Assembly: GCA_963920595.1 (NCBI GenBank)
Contig: OY986947.1
Location: 1,674,001 to 1,738,000 of the forward strand
DNA: 64,000 bases
Source: Eimeria praecox
Taxonomy: Eukaryota
Direction of reading: 5' to 3'
In this document: piece by piece, positions 43,979-58,900 of the stretch
Numbering within the stretch: position 1 is the stretch's first letter
Layout: each line of letters begins with the position of its first letter
Made by a program: the position numbers and the translations under genes
Notes under the pieces: model-generated
Told to the model about the DNA's origin: nothing
The model's database searches: none
Seen by the model: only the letters and a program-made list of their open reading frames with translations

Positions 43979-46900
43979 CTCTCCTGCAGCCATTAACACC
44001 CTAGAAACAAAAACTGCACCCCATCATGCGTTCTCCTGCCTGCACTCATCAGCAAAGTGAGAATAGCGAGATGGAGCTTGATTCATAACTTTTTAGCAGT
44101 CGTGTATATTCCATGCACCAGAATTGACAAGGCAATAAATAGCTTAGTCTAGGCTAGCACATGGCAGTACGTCAACTGCACATAAAACATAAAACTCTGT
44201 AAAGTTAGTTGGACGCATCGTCTTAGCCAATGCTCGCTCTCAGTCGAAAGATGGTGATTTGACTTGTAATCATCACAGGCAATCCGTATATAAGTAATAA
44301 CTCCATCACCGAGGAAGCATGGGCTCTTGCAAACTACTTCTCTACACCATTTAGCAATGCCACTTTAACAGTGCAACTCAAAGGGAGCAGAAACGTTGTA
44401 TCACACATCATGAAGTTTTCTTAAATTTCACGTCTGAAGAGACGGAAGCGACAAACTGCCACGTTCTGCTTGCCGCAGGGAAAATCGTATCGCTCCCGCG
44501 TTAGAAGTATTTGCAGCTAGTTTAACGCAACTGGAGAACAGCAGCTCCGAGAAGCGCTGATAAACTGCTATTAAACAACGTGTGAAGGGTATGGTAATGA
44601 GCAACGCCATCAGACAGGGATAACTGGTTCAAAATGGTTTCCACAAGACATGCTTTCGGAAGCCAAGCGTTGTGGAGTCATCCTAAATGCGGTGCTGCAT
44701 TGGCAAAATGTGCCATCCCCCCCTTGAAGCAACTAAAATGCAATTGATATCATGCGCCAACTCTTGCAACCAATTGTCGATACATGCTGCTGCTGCGAAC
44801 CACTGATTTAAGCTGCCGGTTCTAATACCTTTATTTGCAAGTGTCACAACATCCCTGTAGTAGTAACTGTGAATTACTTAACCTACGCAAATGGAGTTAC
44901 TGTAGCCCTAACCCCCATCGAAAACCCAAACAGTAACTCTAGTGTCAGCTTCTCCAGGGAGAAGACTCACGCAAAACCAAAGGCTTCAACACGGCTAAAA
45001 CCTCTACCGAACCACCAAACAGGGAGCACCAAAATGCATATCGTAGCTAGTTGCTCCTGAGTCCTTATAGCTTCCGGATGTCTCAGGAACACATACCAAA
45101 AGGATGCTGCGGCGTTCTCCTTCAGAAGTTGCGACAGTAATTCCTCAATAACAGTTCAGAGAGAGGAACAATAAATTTATCATCCTTTAGCCGTTGTATC
45201 CCTTTTACAAAGGGGAATGCATGCACACATACACACTGCCAACACATGTCAGGGATTGCGACAGTAATTCCTCAATAACAGTTCAGAGAGAGGAACAAAA
45301 GAGTATCATCCTTCTCGTTGGCAGCATGCTGAATGGCCGGGCCAAGTTAATGGTGTAAGGTGAAATGGATCTAGCTGAACGCCGACGGGTACTCTACAGG
45401 CCCGTCCGTAAGCACCAAGCCTACATGGCTCTCAGCAGTTGTTTTAACGCGGCTTAGAAGTTAAGCAATGCATCGTGCCCCACCAAGCCACGCAGATACC
45501 CTGCTTGATTCATCTATTAACTATAAATGCACGCGTACATAAGTCATTCTCATGTTTCAGCGAACCTCAGTTTCAGCACTACAATTAATCAAAATTTGAT
45601 TCATAGGACATGGATTATAATGTCGTCATCGGAAACGCTGATGAAATAAAATTAGGACATGATAAACCTTTTCAGTGCGATAAGGGATGCGTTCGCAGTT
45701 TGCTCATCACGGAAATCAGCGAGATTCCCATGAGCGAATGGCTCATCCTCAAGGTGTCCTAAATATGTATTTGCACGCACAACACAACATCCAGCTACTC
45801 ATACTAAAACATAAAAGCACGCAAATCGTAGCTGCTGTTTCTATATATAGGCTAGATGAGTATATCAGGCAATGCTCTTGACCGATCCTCATCAAAGCAA
45901 GTAGCTGCAGAAGCAGAACTGGCTTGAGGTCATATTTCATCCGCAGATGCAAACGAAACGCAGATAAGCAAAGACATTACCACAATATTCACGCCCCAGT
46001 TACTTACAAAAAATAAATCAGAGAAATACGACGCATTATGCACACAAATACAGATACTCACTCATGCGGTGTAATGCTGCATTCATCAGTTATGTCAAGT
46101 TACGTCATCGGTAGTCCGATATATGCTTGTCATTAAAATTCATCACCATTCCTCTCCTGCAGCCATTAACACCCTAGAAACAAAAACTGCACCCCATCAT
46201 GCGTTCTCCTGCCTGCACTCATCAGCAAAGTGAGAATAGCGAGATGGAGCTTGATTCATAACTTTTTAGCAGTCGTGTATATTCCATGCACCAGAATTGA
46301 CAAGGCAATAAATAGCTTAGTCTAGGCTAGCACATGGCAGTACGTCAACTGCACATAAAACATAAAACTCTGTAAAGTTAGTTGGACGCATCGTCTTAGC
46401 CAATGCTCGCTCTCAGTCGAAAGATGGTGATTTGACTTGTAATCATCACAGGCAATCCGTATATAAGTAATAACTCCATCACCGAGGAAGCATGGGCTCT
46501 TGCAAACTACTTCTCTACACCATTTAGCAATGCCACTTTAACAGTGCAACTCAAAGGGAGCAGAAACGTTGTATCACACATCATGAAGTTTTCTTAAATT
46601 TCACGTCTGAAGAGACGGAAGCGACAAACTGCCACGTTCTGCTTGCCGCAGGGAAAATCGTATCGCTCCCGCGTTAGAAGTATTTGCAGCTAGTTTAACG
46701 CAACTGGAGAACAGCAGCTCCGAGAAGCGCTGATAAACTGCTATTAAACAACGTGTGAAGGGTATGGTAATGAGCAACGCCATCAGACAGGGATAACTGG
46801 TTCAAAATGGTTTCCACAAGACATGCTTTCGGAAGCCAAGCGTTGTGGAGTCATCCTAAATGCGGTGCTGCATTGGCAAAATGTGCCATCCCCCCCTTGA

Positions 46901-49900
46901 AGCAACTAAAATGCAATTGATATCATGCGCCAACTCTTGCAACCAATTGTCGATACATGCTGCTGCTGCGAACCACTGATTTAAGCTGCCGGTTCTAATA
47001 CCTTTATTTGCAAGTGTCACAACATCCCTGTAGTAGTAACTGTGAATTACTTAACCTACGCAAATGGAGTTACTGTAGCCCTAACCCCCATCGAAAACCC
47101 AAACAGTAACTCTAGTGTCAGCTTCTCCAGGGAGAAGACTCACGCAAAACCAAAGGCTTCAACACGGCTAAAACCTCTACCGAACCACCAAACAGGGAGC
47201 ACCAAAATGCATATCGTAGCTAGTTGCTCCTGAGTCCTTATAGCTTCCGGATGTCTCAGGAACACATACCAAAAGGATGCTGCGGCGTTCTCCTTCAGAA
47301 GTTGCGACAGTAATTCCTCAATAACAGTTCAGAGAGAGGAACAATAAATTTATCATCCTTTAGCCGTTGTATCCCTTTTACAAAGGGGAATGCATGCACA
47401 CATACACACTGCCAACACATGTCAGGGATTGCGACAGTAATTCCTCAATAACAGTTCAGAGAGAGGAACAAAAGAGTATCATCCTTCTCGTTGGCAGCAT
47501 GCTGAATGGCCGCGCCAAGTTAATGGTGTAAGGTGAAATGGATCTAGCTGAACGCCGACGGGTACTCTACAGGCCCGTCCGTAAGCACCAAGCCTACATG
47601 GCTCTCAGCAGTTGTTTTAACGCGGCTTAGAAGTTAAGCAATGCATCGTGCCCCACCAAGCCACGCAGATACCCTGCTTGATTCATCTATTAACTATAAA
47701 TGCACGCGTACATAAGTCATTCTCATGTTTCAGCGAACCTCAGTTTCAGCACTACAATTAATCAAAATTTGATTCATAGGACATGGATTATAATGTCGTC
47801 ATCGGAAACGCTGATGAAATAAAATTAGGACATGATAAACCTTTTCAGTGCGATAAGGGATGCGTTCGCAGTTTGCTCATCACGGAAATCAGCGAGATTC
47901 CCATGAGCGAATGGCTCATCCTCAAGGTGTCCTAAATATGTATTTGCACGCACAACACAACATCCAGCTACTCATACTAAAACATAAAAGCACGCAAATC
48001 GTAGCTGCTGTTTCTATATATAGGCTAGATGAGTATATCAGGCAATGCTCTTGACCGATCCTCATCAAAGCAAGTAGCTGCAGAAGCAGAACTGGCTTGA
48101 GGTCATATTTCATCCGCAGATGCAAACGAAACGCAGATAAGCAAAGACATTACCACAATATTCACGCCCCAGTTACTTACAAAAAATAAATCAGAGAAAT
48201 ACGACGCATTATGCACACAAATACAGATACTCACTCATGCGGTGTAATGCTGTATTCATCAGTTATGTCAAGTTACGTCATCGGTAGTCCGATATATGCT
48301 TGTCATTAAAATTCATCACCATTCCTCTCCTGCAGCCATTAACACCCTAGAAACAAAAACTGCACCCCATCATGCGTTCTCCTGCCTGCACTCATCAGCA
48401 AAGTGAGAATAGCGAGATGGAGCTTGATTCATAACTTTTTAGCAGTCGTGTATATTCCATGCACCAGAATTGACAAGGCAATAAATAGCTTAGTCTAGGC
48501 TAGCACATGGCAGTACGTCAACTGCACATAAAACATAAAACTCTGTAAAGTTAGTTGGACGCTTCGTCCTAGCCAATGCTCGCTCTCAGTCGAAAGATGG
48601 TGATTTGACTTGTAATCATCACAGGCAATCCGTATATAAGTAATAACTCCATCACCGAGGAAGCATGGGCTCTTGCAAGCTACTTTTCTACATCATTTAG
48701 CAATGCCACTTTAATAGTGCAACTCAAAGGGCACAGAAACGTTGTATCACACATCATGAAGTTTTCTTAAATTTCACGTCTGAAGAGACGGAAGCGACAA
48801 ACTGCCACGTTCTGCTTGCCGCAGGGAAAATCGTATCGCTCCCGCGTTAGAAGTATTTGCAGCTAGTTTAACGCAACTGGAGAACAGCAGCTCCGAGAAG
48901 CGCTGATAAACTGCTATTAAACAACGTGTGAAGGGCATGGTAATGAGCAACGCCATCAGACAGGGATAACTGGTTCAAAATGGTTTCCACAAGACATGCT
49001 TTCGGAAGCCAAGCGTTGTGGAGTCATCCTAAATGCGGTGCTGCATTGGCAAAATGTGCCATCCCCCCCTTGAAGCAACTAAAATGCAATTGATATCATG
49101 CGCCAACTCTTGCAACCAATTGTCGATACATGCTGCTGCTGCGAACCACTGATTTAAGCTGCCGGTTCTAATACCTTTATTTGCAAGTGCCACAACATCC
49201 CTGTAGTAGTAACTGTGAATTACTTAACCTACGCAAATGGAGTTACTGTAGCCCTAACCCCCATCGAAAACCCAAACAGTAACTCTAGTGTCAGCTTCTC
49301 CAGGGAGAAGACTCACGCAAAACCAAAGGCTTCAACACGGCTAAAACCTCTACCGAACCACCAAACAGGGAGCACCAAAATGCATATCGTAGCTAGTTGC
49401 TCCTGAGTCCTTATAGCTTCCGGATGTCTCAGGAACACATACCAAAAGGATGCTGCGGCGTTCTCCTTCAGAAGTTGCGACAGTAATTCCTCAATAACAG
49501 TTCAGAGAGAGGAACAATAAATTTATCATCCTTTAGCCGTTGTATCCCTTTTACAAAGGGGAATACATGCACACATACACACTGCCAACACATGTCAGGG
49601 ATTGCGACAGTAATTCCTCAATAACAGTTCAGAGAGAGGAACAAAAGAGTATCATCCTTCTCGTTGGCAGCATGCTGAATGGCCGCGCCAAGTTAATGGT
49701 GTAAGGTGAAATGGATCTAGCTGAACGCCGACGGGTACTCTACAGGCCCGTCCGTAAGCACCAAGCCTACATGGCTCTCAGCAGTTGTTTTAACGCGGCT
49801 TAGAAGTTAAGCAATGCATCGTGCCCCACCAAGCCATGCAGATACCCTGCTTGATTCATCCACCAACTATAAATGCACGCGTACATAAGTCATTCTCATG

Positions 49901-52900
49901 TTTCAGCGAACCTCAGTTTCAGCACTACAATTAATCAAAATTTGATTCATAGGACATGGATTATAATGTCGTCATCGGAAACGCTGATGAAATAAAATTA
50001 GGACATGATAAACCTTTTCAGTGCGATAAGGGATGCGTTCGCAGTTTGCTCATCACGGAAATCAGCGAGATTCCCATGAGCGAATGGCTCATCCTCAAGG
50101 TGTCCTAAATATGTATTTGCACGCACAACACAACATCCAGCTACTCATACTAAAACACAAAAGCACGCAAAACGTAGCTGCTGTTTCTATATATAGGCTA
50201 GATGAGTATATCAGGCAATGCTCTTGACCGATCCTCATCAAAGCAAGTAGCTGCAGAAGCAGAACTGGCTTGAGGTCATATTTCATCCGCAGATGCAAAC
50301 GAAACGCAGATAAGCAAAGACATTACCACAATATTCACGCCCCAGTTACTTACAAAAAATAAATCAGAGAAATACGACGCATTATGCACACAAATACAGA
50401 TACTCACTCATGCGGTGTAATGCTGCATTCATCAGTTATGTCAAGTTACGTCATCGGTAGTCCGATATATGCTTGTCATTAAAATTCATCACCATTCCTC
50501 TCCTGCAGCCATTAACACCCTAGAAACAAAAACTGCACCCCATCATGCGTTCTCCTGCCTGCACTCATCAGCAAAGTGAGAATAGCGAGATGGAGCTTGA
50601 TTCATAACTTTTTAGCAGTCGTGTATATTCCATGCACCAGAATTGACAAGGCAATAAATAGCTTAGTCTAGGCTAGCACATGGCAGTACGTCAACTGCAC
50701 ATAAAACATAAAACTCTGTAAAGTTAGTTGGACGCTTCGTCCTAGCCAATGCTCGCTCTCAGTCGAAAGATGGTGATTTGGCTTGTAATCATCACAGGCA
50801 ATCCGTATATAAGTAATAACTCCATCACCGAGGAAGCATGGGCTCTTGCAAGCTACTTTTCTACATCATTTAGCAATGCCACTTTAATAGTGCAACTCAA
50901 AGGGAGCAGAAACGTTGTATCACACATCATGAAGTTTTCTTAAATTTCACGTCTGAAGAGACGGAAGCGACAAACTGCCACGTTCTGCTTGCCGCAGGGA
51001 AAATCGTATCGCTCCCGCGTTAGAAGTATTTGCAGCTAGTTTAACGCAACTGGAGAACAGCAGCTCCGAGAAGCGCTGATAAACTGCTATTAAACAACGT
51101 GTGAAGGGCATGGTAATGAGCAACGCCATCAGACAGGGATAACTGGTTCAAAATGGTTTCCACAAGACATGCTTTCGGAAGCCAAGCGTTGTGGAGTCAT
51201 CCTAAATGCGGTGCTGCATTGGCAAAATGTGCCATCCCCCCCTTGAAGCAACTAAAATGCAATTGATATCATGCGCCAACTCTTGCAACCAATTGTCGAT
51301 ACATGCTGCTGCTGCGAACCACTGATTTAAGCTGCCGGTTCTAATACCTTTATTTGCAAGTGTCACAACATCCCTGTAGTAGTAACTGTGAATTACTTAA
51401 CCTACGCAAATGGAGTTACTGTAGCCCTAACCCCCATCGAAAACCCAAACAGTAACTCTAGTGTCAGCTTCTCCAGGGAGAAGACTCACGCAAAACCAAA
51501 GGCTTCAACACGGCTAAAACCTCTACCGAACCACCAAACAGGGAGCACCAAAATGCATATCGTAGCTAGTTGCTCCTGAGTCCTTATAGCTTCCGGATGT
51601 CTCAGGAACACATACCAAAAGGATGCTGCGGTGTTCTCCTTCAGAAGTTGCGACAGTAATTCCTCAATAACAGTTCAGAGAGAGGAACAATAAATTTATC
51701 ATCCTTTAGCCGTTGTATCCCTTTTACAAAGGGGAATGCATGCACACATACACACTGCCAACACATGTCAGGGATTGCGACAGTAATTCCTCAATAACAG
51801 TTCAGAGAGAGGAACAAAAGAGTATCATCCTTCTCGTTGGCAGCATGCTGAATGGCCGCGCCAAGTTAATGGTGTAAGGTGAAATGGATCTAGCTGAACG
51901 CCGACGGGTACTCTACAGGCCCGTCCGTAAGCACCAAGCCTACATGGCTCTCAGCAGTTGTTTTAACGCGGCTTAGAAGTTAAGCAATGCATCGTGCCCC
52001 ACCAAGCCATGCAGATACCCTGCTTGATTCATCCACCAACTATAAATGCACGCGTACATAAGTCATTCTCATGTTTCAGCGAACCTCAGTTTCAGCACTA
52101 CAATTAATCAAAATTTGATTCATAGGACATGGATTATAATGTCGTCATCGGAAACGCTGATGAAATAAAATTAGGACATGATAAACCTTTTCAGTGCGAT
52201 AAGGGATGCGTTCGCAGTTTGCTCATCACGGAAATCAGCGAGATTCCCATGAGCGAATGGCTCATCCTCAAGGTGTCCTAAATATGTATTTGCACGCACA
52301 ACACAACATCCAGCTACTCATACTAGAACATAAAAGCACGCCAAACGTAGCTGCTGTTTCTATATATAGGCTAGATGAGTATATCAGGCAATGCTCTTGA
52401 CCGATCCTCATCAAAGCAAGTAGCTGCAGAAGCAGAACTGGCTTGAGGTCATATTTCATCCGCAGATGCAAACGAAACGCAGATAAGCAAAGACATTACC
52501 ACAATATTCACGCCCCAGTTACTTACAAAAAATAAATCAGAGAAATACGACGCATTATGCACACAAATACAGATACTCACTCATGCGGTGTAATGCTGCA
52601 TTCATCAGTTATGTCAAGTTACGTCATCGGTAGTCCGATATATGCTTGTCATTAAAATTCATCACCATTCCTCTCCTGCAGCCATTAACACCCTAGAAGC
52701 AAAAACTGCACCCCATCATGCGTTCTCCTGCCTGCACTCATCAGCAAAGTGAGAATAGCGAGATGGAGCTTGATTCATAACTTTTTAGCAGTCGTGTATA
52801 TTCCATGCACCAGAATTGACAAGGCAATAAATAGCTTAGTCTAGGCTAGCACATGGCAGTACGTCAACTGCACATAAAACATAAAACTCTGTAAAGTTAG

Positions 52901-55900
52901 TTGGACGCTTCGTCCTAGCCAATGCTCGCTCTCAGTCGAAAGATGGTGATTTGACTTGTAATCATCACAGGCAATCCGTATATAAGTAATAACTCCATCA
53001 CCGAGGAAGCATGGGCTCTTGCAAGCTACTTTTCTACATCATTTAGCAATGCCACTTTAATAGTGCAACTCAAAGGGCACAGAAACGTTGTATCACACAT
53101 CATGAAGTTTTCTTAAATTTCACGTCTGAAGAGACGGAAGCGACAAACTGCCACGTTCTGCTTGCCGCAGGGAAAATCGTATCGCTCCCGCGTTAGAAGT
53201 ATTTGCAGCTAGTTTAACGCAACTGGAGAACAGCAGCTCCGAGAAGCGCTGATAAACTGCTATTAAACAACGTGTGAAGGGCATGGTAATGAGCAACGCC
53301 ATCAGACAGGGATAACTGGTTCAAAATGGTTTCCACAAGACATGCTTTCGGAAGCCAAGCGTTGTGGAGTCATCCTAAATGCGGTGCTGCATTGGCAAAA
53401 TGTGCCATCCCCCCCTTGAAGCAACTAAAATGCAATTGATACCATGGGCCAACTCTTGCAACCAATTGTCGATACATGCTGCTGCTGCGAACCACTGATT
53501 TAAGCTGCCGGTTCTAATACCTTTATTTGCAAGTGTCACAACATCCCTGTAGTAGTAACTGTGAATTACTTAACCTACGCAAATGGAGTTACTGTAGCCC
53601 TAACCCCCATCGAAAACCCAAACAGTAACTCTAGTGTCAGCTTCTCCAGGGAGAAGATTCACGCAAAACCAAAGGCTTCAACACGGCTAAAACCTCTACC
53701 GAACCACCAAACAGGGAGCACCAAAATGCATATCGTACCTAGTTGCTCCTGAGTCCTTATAGCTTCCGGATGTCTCAGGAACACATACCAAAAGGATGCT
53801 GCGGCGTTCTCCTTCAGAAGTTGCGACAGTAATTCCTCAATAACAGTTCAGAGAGAGGAACAATAAATTTATCATCCTTTAGCCGTTGTATCCCTTTTAC
53901 AAAGGGGAATGCATGCACACATACACACTGCCAACACATGTCAGGGATTGCGACAGTAATTCCTCAATAACAGTTCAGAGAGAGGAACAAAAGAGTATCA
54001 TCCTTCTCGTTGGCAGCATGCTGAATGGCCGGGCCAAGTTAATGGTGTAAGGTGAAATGGATCTAGCTGAACGCCGACGGGTACTCTACAGGCCCGTCCG
54101 TAAGCACCAAGCCTACATGGCTCTCAGCAGTTGTTTTAACGCGGCTTAGAAGTTAAGCAATGCATCGTGCCCCACCAAGCCACGCAGATACCCTGCTTGA
54201 TTCATCCACCAACTATAAATGCACGCGTACATAAGTCATTCTCATGTTTCAGCGAACCTCAGTTTCAGCAATGCAGTTAATCAAAATTTGATTCATAGGA
54301 CATGGATTATAATGTCGTCATCGGAAACGCTGATGAAATAAAATTAGGACATGATAAACCTTTTCAGTGCGATAAGGGATGCGTTCGCAGTTTGCTCATC
54401 ACGGAAATCAGCGAGATTCCCATGAGCGAATGGCTCATCCTCAAGGTGTCCTAAATATGTATTTGCACGCACAACACAACATCCAGCTACTCATACTAAA
54501 ACATAAAAGCACGCCAAACGTAGCTGCTGTTTCTATATATAGGCTAGATGAGTATATCAGGCAATGCTCTTGACCGATCCTCATCAAAGCAAGTAGCTGC
54601 AGAAGCAGAACTGGCTTGAGGTCATATTTCATCCGCAGATGCAAACGAAACGCAGATAAGCAAAGACATTACCACAATATTCACGCCCCAGTTACTTACA
54701 AAAAATAAATCAGAGAAATACGACGCATTATGCACACAAATACAGATACTCACTCATGCGGTGTAATGCTGCATTCATCAGTTATGTCAAGTTACGTCAT
54801 CGGTAGTCCGATATATGCTTGTCATTAAAATTCATCACCATTCCTCTCCTGCAGCCATTAACACCCTAGAAACAAAAACTGCACCCCATCATGCGTTCTC
54901 CTGCCTGCACTCATCAGCAAAGTGAGAATAGCGAGATGGAGCTTGATTCATAACTTTTTAGCAGTCGTGTATATTCCATGCACCAGAATTGACAAGGCAA
55001 TAAATAGCTTAGTCTAGGCTAGCACATGGCAGTACGTCAACTGCACATAAAACATAAAACTCTGTAAAGTTAGTTGGACGCTTCGTCCTAGCCAATGCTC
55101 GCTCTCAGTCGAAAGATGGTGATTTGACTTGTAATCATCACAGGCAATCCGTATATAAGTAATAACTCCATCACCGAGGAAGCATGGGCTCTTGCAAGCT
55201 ACTTTTCTACATCATTTAGCAATGCCACTTTAATAGTGCAACTCAAAGGGCACAGAAACGTTGTATCACACATCATGAAGTTTTCTTAAATTTCACGTCT
55301 GAAGAGACGGAAGCGACAAACTGCCACGTTCTGCTTGCCGCAGGGAAAATCGTATCGCTCCCGCGTTAGAAGTATTTGCAGCTAGTTTAACGCAACTGGA
55401 GAACAGCAGCTCCGAGAAGCGCTGATAAACTGCTATTAAACAACGTGTGAAGGGCATGGTAATGAGCAACGCCATCAGACAGGGATAACTGGTTCAAAAT
55501 GGTTTCCACAAGACATGCTTTCGGAAGCCAAGCGTTGTGGAGTCATCCTAAATGCGGTGCTGCATTGGCAAAATGTGCCATCCCCCCCTTGAAGCAACTA
55601 AAATGCAATTGATACCATGGGCCAACTCTTGCAACCAATTGTCGATACATGCTGCTGCTGCGAACCACTGATTTAAGCTGCCGGTTCTAATACCTTTATT
55701 TGCAAGTGTCACAACATCCCTGTAGTAGTAACTGTGAATTACTTAACCTACGCAAATGGAGTTACTGTAGCCCTAACCCCCATCGAAAACCCAAACAGTA
55801 ACTCTAGTGTCAGCTTCTCCAGGGAGAAGATTCACGCAAAACCAAAGGCTTCAACACGGCTAAAACCTCTACCGAACCACCAAACAGGGAGCACCAAAAT

Positions 55901-58900
55901 GCATATCGTAGCTAGTTGCTCCTGAGTCCTTATAGCTTCCGGATGTCTCAGGAACACATACCAAAAGGATGCTGCGGCGTTCTCCTTCAGAAGTTGCGAC
56001 AGTAATTCCTCAATAACAGTTCAGAGAGAGGAACAATAAATTTATCATCCTTTAGCCGTTGTATCCCTTTTACAAAGGGGAATGCATGCACACATACACA
56101 CTGCCAACACATGTCAGGGATTGCGACAGTAATTCCTCAATAACAGTTCAGAGAGAGGAACAAAAGAGTATCATCCTTCTCGTTGGCAGCATGCTGAATG
56201 GCCGGGCCAAGTTAATGGTGTAAGGTGAAATGGATCTAGCTGAACGCCGACGGGTACTCTACAGGCCCGTCCGTAAGCACCAAGCCTACATGGCTCTCAG
56301 CAGTTGTTTTAACGCGGCTTAGAAGTTAAGCAATGCATCGTGCCCCACCAAGCCACGCAGATACCCTGCTTGATTCATCCACCAACTATAAATGCACGCG
56401 TACATAAGTCATTCTCATGTTTCAGCGAACCTCAGTTTCAGCAATGCAGTTAATCAAAATTTGATTCATAGGACATGGATTATAATGTCGTCATCGGAAA
56501 CGCTGATGAAATAAAATTAGGACATGATAAACCTTTTCAGTGCGATAAGGGATGCGTTCGCAGTTTGCTCATCACGGAAATCAGCGAGATTCCCATGAGC
56601 GAATGGCTCATCCTCAAGGTGTCCTAAATATGTATTTGCATGCACAACACAACATCCAGCTACTCATACTAAAACACAAAAGCACGCAAAACGTAGCTGC
56701 TGTTTCTATATATAGGCTAGATGAGTATATCAGGCAATGCTCTTGACCGATCCTCATCAAAGCAAGTAGCTGCAGAAGCAGAACTGGCTTGAGGTCATAT
56801 TTCATCCGCAGATGCAAACGAAACGCAGATAAGCAAAGACATTACCACAATATTCACGCCCCAGTTACTTACAAAAAATAAATCAGAGAAATACGACGCA
56901 TTATGCACACAAATACAGATACTCACTCATGCGGTGTAATGCTGCATTCATCAGTTATGTCAAGTTACGTCATCGGTAGTCCGATATATGCTTGTCATTA
57001 AAATTCATCACCATTCCTCTCCTGCAGCCATTAACACCCTAGAAACAAAAACTGCACCCCATCATGCGTTCTCCTGCCTGCACTCATCAGCAAAGTGAGA
57101 ATAGCGAGATGGAGCTTGATTCATAACTTTTTAGCAGTCGTGTATATTCCATGCACCAGAATTGACAAGGCAATAAATAGCTTAGTCTAGGCTAGCACAT
57201 GGCAGTACGTCAACTGCACATAAAACATAAAACTCTGTAAAGTTAGTTGGACGCATCGTCTTAGCCAATGCTCGCTCTCAGTCGAAAGATGGTGATTTGA
57301 CTTGTAATCATCACAGGCAATCCGTATATAAGTAATAACTCCATCACCGAGGAAGCACGGGCTCTTGCAAACTACTTTTCTACATCATTTAGCAATGCCA
57401 CTTTAATAGTGCAACTCAAAGGGCACAGAAACGTTGTATCACACATCATGAAGTTTTCTTAAATTTCACGTCTGAAGAGACGGAAGCGACAAACTGCCAC
57501 GTTCTGCTTGCCGCAGGGAAAATCGTATCGCTCCCGCGTTAGAAGTATTTGCAGCTAGTTTAACGCAACTGGAGAACAGCAGCTCCGAGAAGCGCTGATA
57601 AACTGCTATTAAACAACGTGTGAAGGGCATGGTAATGAGCAACGCCATCAGACAGGGATAACTGGTTCAAAATGGTTTCCACAAGACATGCTTTCGGAAG
57701 CCAAGCGTTGTGGAGTCATCCTAAATGCGGTGCTGCATTGGCAAAATGTGCCATCCCCCCCTTGAAGCAACTAAAATGCAATTGATATCATGCGCCAACT
57801 CTTGCAACCAATTGTCGATACATGCTGCTGCTGCGAACCACTGATTTAAGCTGCCGGTTCTAATACCTTTATTTGCAAGTGTCACAACATCCCTGTAGTA
57901 GTAACTGTGAATTACTTAACCTACGCAAATGGAGTTACTGTAGCCCTAACCCCCATCGAAAACCCAAACAGTAACTCTAGTGTCAGCTTCTCCAGGGAGA
58001 AGATTCACGCAAAACCAAAGGCTTCAACACGGCTAAAACCTCTACCGAACCACCAAACAGGGAGCACCAAAATGCATATCGTACCTAGTTGCTCCTGAGT
58101 CCTTATAGCTTCCGGATGTCTCAGGAACACATACCAAAAGGATGCTGCGGCGTTCTCCTTCAGAAGTTGCGACAGTAATTCCTCAATAACAGTTCAGAGA
58201 GAGGAACAATAAATTTATCATCCTTTAGCCGTTGTATCCCTTTTACAAAGGGGAATGCATGCACACATACACACTGCCAACACATGTCAGGGATTGCGAC
58301 AGTAATTCCTCAATAACAGTTCAGAGAGAGGAACAAAAGAGTATCATCCTTCTCGTTGGCAGCATGCTGAATGGCCGGGCCAAGTTAATGGTGTAAGGTG
58401 AAATGGATCTAGCTGAACGCCGACGGGTACTCTACAGGCCCGTCCGTAAGCACCAAGCCTACATGGCTCTCAGCAGTTGTTTTAACGCGGCTTAGAAGTT
58501 AAGCAATGCATCGTGCCCCACCAAGCCACGCAGATACCCTGCTTGATTCATCCACCAACTATAAATGCACGCGTACATAAGTCATTCTCATGTTTCAGCG
58601 AACCTCAGTTTCAGCAATGCAGTTAATCAAAATTTGATTCATAGGACATGGATTATAATGTCGTCATCGGAAACGCTGATGAAATAAAATTAGGACATGA
58701 TAAACCTTTTCAGTGCGATAAGGGATGCGTTCGCAGTTTGCTCATCACGGAAATCAGCGAGATTCCCATGAGCGAATGGCTCATCCTCAAGGTGTCCTAA
58801 ATATGTATTTGCACGCACAACACAACATCCAGCTACTCATACTAAAACATAAAAGCACGCCAAACGTAGCTGCTGTTTCTATATATAGGCTAGATGAGTA